The notes under the pieces were generated by a model that worked only from the letters and a program-made list of their open reading frames with translations, was not told the origin of the DNA and did no database searches. From positions 1 through 29,215 of the forward strand of contig JBDKTL010000012.1 of assembly GCA_039698055.1 (NCBI GenBank): a DNA stretch of 29,215 nucleotides, read 5' to 3'. This stretch comes from Methanoregula sp. GTDB taxonomy: Archaea > Halobacteriota > Methanomicrobia > Methanomicrobiales > Methanospirillaceae. The position numbers and the translations under genes are program-made. Shown here piece after piece: positions 21,998-29,215 of this stretch; the first letter of the stretch is position 1; each line of letters begins with the position of its first letter.

Positions 21998-22987
21998 ATG
22001 CAGCCCCGGGTGATTACTTATTCCCGCAACGTGTTTTTGCCGCTTACCACCGTCTGCCGGAACCGGTGCGGGTACTGCTCATTCCGCACACCCGTACAGG
22101 AGGGATGCGTCATGCCCCAGACCGAGGTGGAGCAGACCCTAAAGAATGGCGCAATAATGCGGTGCACCGAGGCGCTCTTTACGTTTGGCGAACACCCACA
22201 AGACGAGCCCGGGTTTGACGCATACCTGCACAAGACGGGCTATACCACCATCCTCGATTACTGCATGGCAATGTGTAAAAAAAGCATCGGATACGGCATC
22301 CTCCCCCACACAAATGCCGGCATCCTCACCTATAATGAGATGAAGAGGCTCCAGCCCGTGAATGCAAGTATGGGCCTGATGCTTGAAACAACTGCCGACA
22401 TTCCGGCACATGCAACATCGAAAGGCAAGGACCCCGAAGTGCGGATCGCCATGATGGAAGATGCCGGAAAACTCCGGATCCCTTTTACCACCGGTCTCCT
22501 GCTGGGGATCGGGGAGACCCGGGCAGACCGGGAAGATTCGCTTTTTGCGATCCGCGACATCCACCGCAGGTACGGGCATATCCAGGAAGTCATTCTCCAG
22601 AACTTCTGCCCAAAACCCGGCACACAGATGGCGGCGTTTCACGTCCCGACCACCGAAGAGATTGGTGCTACGATACGGATGGCGCGGGACATCCTGCAAA
22701 AGGATATTGCCATCCAGATCGCCCCAAACCTGATCGACGCTTCGCTCCTCATCGACTGCGGGGTGGACGATCTGGGTGGGGTGTCGCCACTCACGATCGA
22801 TTATGTGAACCCCGAACACCCGTGGCCAGCGATTGATGACCTCAAAAAGATTGTGGGAAACAATACCCTCCGGGAACGGCTCTGCATCTACCCGCAGTTT
22901 ATTGAGAAGGGCTGGTACCACCCCGATTTGCAACCCCTAATAAACCGGCTCGCACAAACAATAAAGGCAGGGAGCAGTTCACCGTGA
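21998..22987 (+). CDS. cofG: FO synthase subunit 1 (radical SAM)
   Basis: ITYSRNVFLPLT, CRNRCGYC, LPHTNAG, NASMGLMLE, PFTTGLLLGIGE, GHIQEVILQNF, DDLGGVSP.T.DYVNPE, RERLCIYP. Confidence 0.98.
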   Translation: MQPRVITYSRNVFLPLTTVCRNRCGYCSFRTPVQEGCVMPQTEVEQTLKNGAIMRCTEALFTFGEHPQDEPGFDAYLHKTGYTTILDYCMAMCKKSIGYGILPHTNAGILTYNEMKRLQPVNASMGLMLETTADIPAHATSKGKDPEVRIAMMEDAGKLRIPFTTGLLLGIGETRADREDSLFAIRDIHRRYGHIQEVILQNFCPKPGTQMAAFHVPTTEEIGATIRMARDILQKDIAIQIAPNLIDASLLIDCGVDDLGGVSPLTIDYVNPEHPWPAIDDLKKIVGNNTLRERLCIYPQFIEKGWYHPDLQPLINRLAQTIKAGSSSP

Positions 22988-23694
22988 AACAGAAAGATCT
23001 CCTGTACACAGGCAAAGCCAAATCGGTTTACCGGACCGATGCAAAAGACCGTCTCATCGTCGAATTCCGCGATGACATCACCGCATTTGACGGCGGGAAA
23101 AAGGATGTCCTGAAAAACAAGGGAAGTTATAACGCGGAAGTGTCTGCGTTTATCTTTGAATACCTTGCAAAAAACGGCATAAAGACCCATTTTATGGGGA
23201 TGCTGGATAAAAAGAGGATGATCGTCCGCCATCTTGAAATGATCCCGCTCGAAGTGATCGTGCGAAACGTCGCGGCAGGATCGCTTGTCCGCAATTACCC
23301 GATCAAAGAGGGCACGCCCCTTAACCCGCCGATCATTGTCATCGACTTCAAGGACGATTCACGGCACGACCCGATGCTCAACGACGAGATCATTGTTGCC
23401 CTGGGTATCGCGACGGTAAAAGAACTCAAAAAAATCAAAACTGTCGCGCTGGAAGTCAACCGGCTTCTTGCAGCGATGATGGCGGCGCAGGGCATCACGC
23501 TCGTGGACTTCAAGATGGAGTTCGGGCGCGGGAAAAAGACGATCTACCTTGGCGACGAGATCAGCATGGACTCGATGCGGCTGTGGGATAAAAAGACCGG
23601 CGAATCGCTCGATAAGGACGTGTACCGGTTTGAAAAAGGCGATGTGATGGCAACCTACGACCGGGTCGCCCGCCGGATCACAAAATTACCCTGA
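22984..23694 (+). CDS. purC: SAICAR synthetase
   Basis: LYTGKAKSVY, FRDDITAFDG, PLEVIVRN.AAGS, LVDFKMEFG, DEIS.DS.RLWD, LDKDVYR. GTGA overlap with cofG. Confidence 0.98.
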   Translation: MKQKDLLYTGKAKSVYRTDAKDRLIVEFRDDITAFDGGKKDVLKNKGSYNAEVSAFIFEYLAKNGIKTHFMGMLDKKRMIVRHLEMIPLEVIVRNVAAGSLVRNYPIKEGTPLNPPIIVIDFKDDSRHDPMLNDEIIVALGIATVKELKKIKTVALEVNRLLAAMMAAQGITLVDFKMEFGRGKKTIYLGDEISMDSMRLWDKKTGESLDKDVYRFEKGDVMATYDRVARRITKLP

Positions 23695-23830
23695 TAAAAA
23701 GGGTAACAGGTACACGGGCTCGGGAAATGGGATCGTTAACCCTGCTGGTACCAGCATGATTAAACGCAAAAGAATAACGTGTCCTGTGAAAAACTATCGT
23801 ATCACCCCCATATGATCGTAAGGCTGTATC

Positions 23831-24115
23831 ATGATGACCGATGAAAAAACTGCTGAAGCGGATATGCTGAAATGGGCAAAAGGAGTTGCGCACAAGCATA
23901 ACTGGATTGTCAACCCTGACGAGAAACATCTCGGTATCGTAATCCGGGGACTGGTGCGGAACCAGGAGAAATTCGGGAGACCCTACTGCCCATGCCGGCT
24001 CCGGAGCGGCGACGAGGAAAAAGATCGCGCAATCGAGTGTCCCTGTATTTACCACAAGGACGAGATCGAGAACGAAGGGCACTGCCACTGCGAACTCTAT
24101 TTTAAGCCTGAATAA
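23831..24115 (+). CDS. Ferredoxin:thioredoxin reductase catalytic-subunit-like protein
   Basis: CPC...CPC...CHC motif set (YCPCR, ECPC, GHCHCELY). Confidence 0.93.
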   Translation: MMTDEKTAEADMLKWAKGVAHKHNWIVNPDEKHLGIVIRGLVRNQEKFGRPYCPCRLRSGDEEKDRAIECPCIYHKDEIENEGHCHCELYFKPE

Positions 24116-24142
24116 ACGATCCTTGATTTTTTTTTTGTGCCG

Positions 24143-24661
24143 ATGACCACCACACCCGTATCGCCGGCCTCCCAACGGGATACTGGTCTTGCACCAGTGA
24201 CGGGCGAATCGCCGGGCGTCCTTATCCTTGGCAGTTTTCCCGGTCGCCGATCATTGCAGAAATCCGAGTACTATGGCAACCCGCAGAACCATTTCTGGAA
24301 GATCATCGAAGAACTCTATGGTATCGATCATACTCTTCCCTACCCGGTACGGGCAGATCGCCTCGTATCAGAGCATGTTGCGCTCTGGGACGTGATTGCC
24401 TCATGCCGGCGTGAAGGGAGTACCGATGCCCGTATCCGGGACCCGATCTTCAATGATCTCGCAGGATTTCTCAAGGCTCACCCGTCATGCCGTTGTATCG
24501 GGCTCAACGGCACTGCCGCAGGAAAATACTATCACGCGATACAGGATCCTGACCTTGCCCGTATTCCTGTATTCCTTTTGCCATCGACCAGCCCGGCAAA
24601 TACCCGTTTTGTGCTGGCTGAAAAGGTCCACCGCTGGGAAGTAATCCGCATACCGCGGTAA
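24143..24661 (+). CDS. DNA-deoxyinosine (hypoxanthine) glycosylase, UDG superfamily family 6 (alternative GTG start 24137)
   Basis: LILGSFPG..SL, YYGNPQNHFW, LWDVI, LNG, LPSTSPAN. Confidence 0.92.
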   Translation: MTTTPVSPASQRDTGLAPVTGESPGVLILGSFPGRRSLQKSEYYGNPQNHFWKIIEELYGIDHTLPYPVRADRLVSEHVALWDVIASCRREGSTDARIRDPIFNDLAGFLKAHPSCRCIGLNGTAAGKYYHAIQDPDLARIPVFLLPSTSPANTRFVLAEKVHRWEVIRIPR

Positions 24662-24687
24662 AAAAGAGATAAAAACGTTGGTTATTA

Positions 24688-26349
24688 TTATCGTTCAAGC
24701 CTGAATTTCAGGAATATCACGTGATATATCGCATAGAAACCGCAGAGCACGGCAGCGGTATACCCAAGGATTGCAACCCACATGATCTCTTTTGGCAGGC
24801 TGAGCGGTGACGAAAGGAGGACAAGCGATGACCCGACAACAAGCGCCGCAACGACAAGCCCGATCATGACCTTGTCGCTTGCCCGGTCAAGCGCCATCTG
24901 GAGCTTCTGGAGGTCCGTATCGACAATTTCAAGCTTGAATGTCCCCGTGGAGAGCCGGCGCAGCATCAGGTTGAAGTTGCGGGGAAGATCGAACATCACG
25001 TCAACGGCTTCCATCATCGAGTTTGTCGCCCGCTTCAGGTACGCGGCAGAGAGCGTGTTGGTATCGGCAAGCTTCTTGAGGTAGGGCGTGATCTCCTCGC
25101 CAAAATTGAACTTCGGATCGAGCTTCACACCGATATCGAGCACCATGACAAACACTTTTAAAAGGAGCATCAGGTTCATGGGCACTTTGAGGTTGTACAC
25201 TCTCATGGCCTCGGTAAGTTCTGTCACCACAAGACCAAAATTGAACTGCGAGACATCGTCGCCCCCGGCCCCGAGGTCATGCATCATGATGTAGAGGTCG
25301 TCCCTGAGAGATTCCCGGTGTTCCTCAGCGATGACAATCCCGAACCCTTCAAGGGATTTGAGCATCATGTCGATATCTTCAGTTGTCATTGCAAAGAGCA
25401 GGTTGATGAACAACTGCCTTTTTTCAGGGCGGAGCACCCCGACTATGCCAAAATCGAGGAACACAACGTCCCCGTTTTTTGTCACCAGCAGGTTGCCCGC
25501 ATGCGGGTCGCCGTGATAGAACCCGTCTTCGAAGATCATCTTCAGGTATGCATGGAAGCCGTTGACGCCAATCTCGTGGGGGTCGATACCCATCGCGGCA
25601 ATCTCTTCAGGACTGTCAATCCGGACACCTTCGATATATTCCATGACAAGCATGTGGGGAGAAGACAACTGCGGGTAGATCTTCGGGAAATGAATACCGG
25701 GCACATTACGGAAGTTGCGCGCCATCCGTTCAGCGTTACGGCCATCGCGGGAGAAATCCAGTTCTTTTCGGATCTGGTGGGAAAAATCCTCTACCATGCC
25801 CGTGGGGTTGTACACCCGTGCTTCGGGAAATACTGCCTCTATGCGTTCCGCCATCGACTGTAAAATACCCAGATCGTTCTCAATGACCTCGGAGATACCC
25901 GGGCGCTGTATCTTAAGAGCAACCGCAGTCCCGTCCTTGAGTATCGCACGGTGTACCTGCCCGATAGAGGCGGAGGCGACGGGGATCTCATCGATCTCGC
26001 AGAACCATGCATCAGGATCGGGGCAGCATTCCTCGATCACTTTGCGGACTTCAGAAAACGGGAGGGGTTTTACATGATCCTGCAGTTTTTTGAGTTCATT
26101 GATCAGGTCGGGCGGCAGCAGTTCGGTCCTGGTGCTCATGATCTGCCCGAACTTGACAAATGTCGGGCCAAGTTCTTCGAGCGTTAACCGCATCCGCTCA
26201 TAGATCGTGGAGGATTCCGCGACTTTCCCGCCAACGCCGGGAAGCCGGAACCCTGCCCTGCCGGGGAATATTTTTTCCAAACCGATACCAAAACCGTATT
26301 TCCCTAAGATATCAATGATCTGCGCATACCGCCCGATACGGGTGACCAT
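24688..26349 (-). CDS. UbiB/ABC1/AarF-family atypical kinase
   Basis: LGPTFVKFGQ, SASIGQVH, KIQRP, HGDPHAGN, DFG, and two C-terminal TM helices. Confidence 0.96.
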   Translation of the reverse strand: MVTRIGRYAQIIDILGKYGFGIGLEKIFPGRAGFRLPGVGGKVAESSTIYERMRLTLEELGPTFVKFGQIMSTRTELLPPDLINELKKLQDHVKPLPFSEVRKVIEECCPDPDAWFCEIDEIPVASASIGQVHRAILKDGTAVALKIQRPGISEVIENDLGILQSMAERIEAVFPEARVYNPTGMVEDFSHQIRKELDFSRDGRNAERMARNFRNVPGIHFPKIYPQLSSPHMLVMEYIEGVRIDSPEEIAAMGIDPHEIGVNGFHAYLKMIFEDGFYHGDPHAGNLLVTKNGDVVFLDFGIVGVLRPEKRQLFINLLFAMTTEDIDMMLKSLEGFGIVIAEEHRESLRDDLYIMMHDLGAGGDDVSQFNFGLVVTELTEAMRVYNLKVPMNLMLLLKVFVMVLDIGVKLDPKFNFGEEITPYLKKLADTNTLSAAYLKRATNSMMEAVDVMFDLPRNFNLMLRRLSTGTFKLEIVDTDLQKLQMALDRASDKVMIGLVVAALVVGSSLVLLSSPLSLPKEIMWVAILGYTAAVLCGFYAIYHVIFLKFRLER

Positions 26350-26406
26350 GGATAGTGGTAGGTCTTTGGAATACTAAAACACTGCCTTTTTATACCTTTT
26401 AGACGG

Positions 26407-27642
26407 TCAGGAATTTTTCCTGAACAGGACAATCCGGTTGGTATTGGTACCGGACAGCATGTTGTCCACACCCCAGATGTTTGCCGTTTTGGTAAAGGTC
26501 TGCTGGTTGATGCAGATCCCCACACAGGAAAAACCGGCGTTTACCCCGAGGGGCACCACATGCTCATCAAGCCGCACGGTCTTTTTGCGCACTTCGCCGA
26601 CTTCAAATGCCACATATCCCCCGGGGCGTGTGATGCGGAACAGCTCGAAAAAGACGTCGCCCATCACCGCCTCCCAGTCCCGGACCGTCCGTGCCATGGT
26701 GATTGTTTTCCCAATCGCTTCCCCGTCCAACCCGTTAAACCAGCACCGGAGCCAGTTGTCAGCACGGTACTGTACAATATCAAGGAACGGGGGAGAAGTG
26801 ACCGTAAGCTGGACGGATGCATCCAAAATCCCGGGCATGGAACGGGCGTCGCCGCAGAGGAAACGGGCCGTTTTTCCCGCGCCGGAAAGGTTGCTTTTTT
26901 CAAGAGGCGTTACGCGGGAGAGCAGGCTTTTTGTTTTCCGCAGGATAAGCGCGTGGGTATCCCGGTAGCCGGGCACCTGGCTGCGTTTTTGGTTAATCCG
27001 GGCCTGGCTCTCCGGGGATACTGCCTGGTTGGGGGGGAGAGTATATACGGAAAAAAAGCCGCTTGAGTGCCCCGTGAGCCGGTTGGTGGCGACCATCGCA
27101 ATCCAGCCATCGGTCGTGTCTTTGGTTCCCTCATCTTCTCGTTTGTGCAGGTACTCCCGCATTGCAACGATCTCCCGTTCGGTATCCGGGTGATAGAACA
27201 TGGAGAGATCGATCTCCGCACGTTCTCCGTCACGCGGAATTCCGGCAAGCCGTTCTGCGACTTCATCCAGCTCCGGGGGGAAGAACCGGGGCATGGTCAA
27301 TATGCCCGAGAGCGGGTTGGTATCGTTGGCGATGACCTGCCTCCCGCACAACCCGGCTTCGATAACCGTCGTCCCCCGCCCGGAAAACGGGTCGTACACG
27401 ATGTCGCCCGGGCGTGTGAGGGATTCAATAAAGAAACGGGGCAGCTGCGGCTTAAAGCAGGCCCGGTACGAGATCTCGTGGATCGACGATGCCTGCCGCT
27501 GCCGTGCCGTCCAGAACTCGTTGGTGAACCTGTCCACTTCAAGGGAACCGATAAGGGTTTTTTCAGCCAGCGTATGCTGTCCGTTATGGCTCGTGAAGTT
27601 CTCAAGCAGGCGCTGGACGGTGAGTGTATCCGCATGTCCCAT
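26407..27642 (-). CDS. Orphan amino (N4-C/N6-A) DNA methyltransferase
   Basis: SAM-binding YDPFSGRGTT in the N-terminal part and catalytic-type TSPPF in the C-terminal part, plus CGDAR and RITRPGG. No adjacent endonuclease. Confidence 0.88.
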   Translation of the reverse strand: MGHADTLTVQRLLENFTSHNGQHTLAEKTLIGSLEVDRFTNEFWTARQRQASSIHEISYRACFKPQLPRFFIESLTRPGDIVYDPFSGRGTTVIEAGLCGRQVIANDTNPLSGILTMPRFFPPELDEVAERLAGIPRDGERAEIDLSMFYHPDTEREIVAMREYLHKREDEGTKDTTDGWIAMVATNRLTGHSSGFFSVYTLPPNQAVSPESQARINQKRSQVPGYRDTHALILRKTKSLLSRVTPLEKSNLSGAGKTARFLCGDARSMPGILDASVQLTVTSPPFLDIVQYRADNWLRCWFNGLDGEAIGKTITMARTVRDWEAVMGDVFFELFRITRPGGYVAFEVGEVRKKTVRLDEHVVPLGVNAGFSCVGICINQQTFTKTANIWGVDNMLSGTNTNRIVLFRKNS

Positions 27643-27733
27643 GGATAAAAGGGCCCTCTTATCTACCCGTTGGAGCGGCAGGTGTATATCAGCTGTGCTG
27701 CACGGGATTCCTGCTTTTTTTAAAAAGGGATGA

Positions 27734-28264
27734 TCAGTTCTCCATGATTGAACTCAGCGCCGGGTGGTACCGCACCATTCCCCCGACGCCATCGAGTGCG
27801 CCGGGCACAAGGGACAGCGCCATGAGCGCTTCATCCGGGCAGGGGAACTCTACGCTGATACCCTGCTCCCGTCCGGACATGAACCCGAAATGCGGGTAGT
27901 AGAGGGGGTGGCCAACGACGATACAGATCCGGTTCCCGAGGCGCCGGCATTCCCTGAGGCCTTCCTCGACAAGAGCCGAGCCGATGCCCTGCCCCTGGAA
28001 ATCGGGATGGACTGACAGGAGGGCAAGCGCAAGGGCGGGCACATCGCCATCCGGGGACTCAATCGTCACCGGGGGAAACAGGATGTGGCCGATGACCGTA
28101 TCGTTATGATCCGCAACAATCGAGAGGGCGGGATCGAAAGCGCCGCTGTCCCGCAGGGTATTGATAAGCCGTGCTTCTTCGTCCTCGCCAAACGCCTGGA
28201 CATTCACGTCAAAGATCTGGGAATGATCCACCGGGAGTTCGGAACGGACAATATAGGAAGCCAT
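27734..28264 (-). CDS. GNAT N-acetyltransferase (YhbS-like)
   Basis: AF...EEARLI..LR, IGHILF, SVHPDFQGQGIGSAL, VVGHPLYY.HFGF. The start is taken at 28264 because the longer ORF overlaps the neighbouring gene. Confidence 0.92.
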   Translation of the reverse strand: MASYIVRSELPVDHSQIFDVNVQAFGEDEEARLINTLRDSGAFDPALSIVADHNDTVIGHILFPPVTIESPDGDVPALALALLSVHPDFQGQGIGSALVEEGLRECRRLGNRICIVVGHPLYYPHFGFMSGREQGISVEFPCPDEALMALSLVPGALDGVGGMVRYHPALSSIMEN

Positions 28265-28331
28265 CCTCCAGTATACGCAGGCAGAGTAGAAAAGGAGGTG
28301 GTTTGGCCACATCCCCATAAAAAAGGGAGAT

Positions 28332-28898
28332 TTATGCCGAAAGAATCGCGCTGACTTTTTTTGCCATAAACCCGGCAACAACAGCGGCAAGCCCCATGAC
28401 GATCATGAACGCGCCGGCGATTAAAGGAAGGAGTGCTGCGGCGATAAACGGGTATACGAGCAGCAGGATACCAAATATCAGGCTGATAAGCCCCAGCACA
28501 CCGTTTCCGGCATCTTTTGTTTTAAACGCGTGGTACAGGTGGGAAATACCGATAAAGCAGCCCCAGAACCCGATGAAAATAACAAAGAACGCGAGTAAAA
28601 AGAGCGTGCTGAACAGCGGATAGAGCAGGATGACAACACCGGCAAGGATGTTGATGATCGCAAGGAACAGCTTCAGGCCCCAGTTGGACTTGTCCACGAC
28701 AAGGCTCGCGATAGAAAACAGGCCTCCGACCAGCCAGAAAGCGCCAATAAGCGTGATAAAGAGAATCGTCGTGATGCCCGGCGTCGTAAGGAACATAATC
28801 CCGATAACAACGGAAAGGATCCCCCAGAGAAGGATTACCCACCATGGCATAATGCTTGAACACATCATTTTTTCCGGATTTGCAACAACGTCTGTCAT
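28332..28898 (-). CDS. HdeD/DUF308 membrane protein
   Basis: WW..LL.GILS..IG pattern and three repeated helix-pair units (about 6 TM). GAGGT ribosome-binding site upstream. Confidence 0.92.
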   Translation of the reverse strand: MTDVVANPEKMMCSSIMPWWVILLWGILSVVIGIMFLTTPGITTILFITLIGAFWLVGGLFSIASLVVDKSNWGLKLFLAIINILAGVVILLYPLFSTLFLLAFFVIFIGFWGCFIGISHLYHAFKTKDAGNGVLGLISLIFGILLLVYPFIAAALLPLIAGAFMIVMGLAAVVAGFMAKKVSAILSA

Positions 28899-29169
28899 TA
28901 TTACCTCAACTTGTTTTTGAGGTCTTATGTATTTCGATCATTTTTTTATTTTTTTACCAACACCTGCCACGTGAAATCGTGCAAAAGAGAAATCCCATAA
29001 GTCAAGCGGCGGAAGAACGGGGCACGCCATCAAAGAGAGTTCCCGCTATCAGGGATCATCGCTGCCACAAAATCCGGACATATCCCGGAAGGTAGTGTAC
29101 ACGAAGTGCTGTAAAAAGTGAAGATGCCCTGTATCCAACAGTGAATTGGAAACAAAGAGGAACAGGGCA

Positions 29170-29215
29170 ATGAATCTAAGCGACATCATACTAAATTACC
29201 TTACCGATAACGAAA
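29170..29215 (+). CDS. Possible 5' end of a gene running off the window (MNLSDIILNYLTDNE...)
   Basis: ATG preceded by AGAGGA, and the frame is open to the window edge. Too short to assign. Confidence 0.35.
   Translation, partial: MNLSDIILNYLTDNE

Noticed and set aside
27031-27057. G7 and A7 runs in the methyltransferase as phase-variation tracts
   Set aside because: The runs are short, the frame is intact, and they simply encode Pro-Pro and Phe-Phe.
28265-28390. 42-aa N-terminal extension of the GNAT ORF
   Set aside because: It overlaps the HdeD gene end and intergenic DNA; GNAT similarity begins at MASYIVR (28264).

Overview
Archaeal chromosomal window, most likely a Methanomicrobiales methanogen (Methanoregula-like). 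The 16S carries the sequence I recall as the Methanomicrobiales probe MG1200 (3209-3229), and the window holds F420-biosynthesis genes. From left to right: a minus-strand rRNA operon (23S truncated by the window, spacer tRNA, 16S, three tandem promoters); a ~220-bp self-complementary non-coding element followed by a 168-aa hypothetical gene; a hypothetical-smc-scpA operon with no adjacent scpB; a glyA-folD-folP-cofE-like folate operon; a ~1.3-kb AT-rich islet in which a NYN nuclease gene lies between two 129-bp direct repeats that are 3' remnants of type I R-M hsdS; then lipoprotein, UspA, MFS, cofC, GyrI-like, pseudo-receiver kinase, cofG-purC, FTR-like, deoxyinosine glycosylase, UbiB/ABC1 kinase, orphan DNA methyltransferase, GNAT and HdeD genes. 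The most unusual observations are (1) a structurally perfect tRNA-Ala body (G3:U70, A73) whose anticodon reads UGU (Thr) instead of UGC, (2) the nested-hairpin element with its adjacent gene, and (3) the hsdS-tail-bounded NYN cassette with a hairpin leader. All calls were made by eye, with no database searches.
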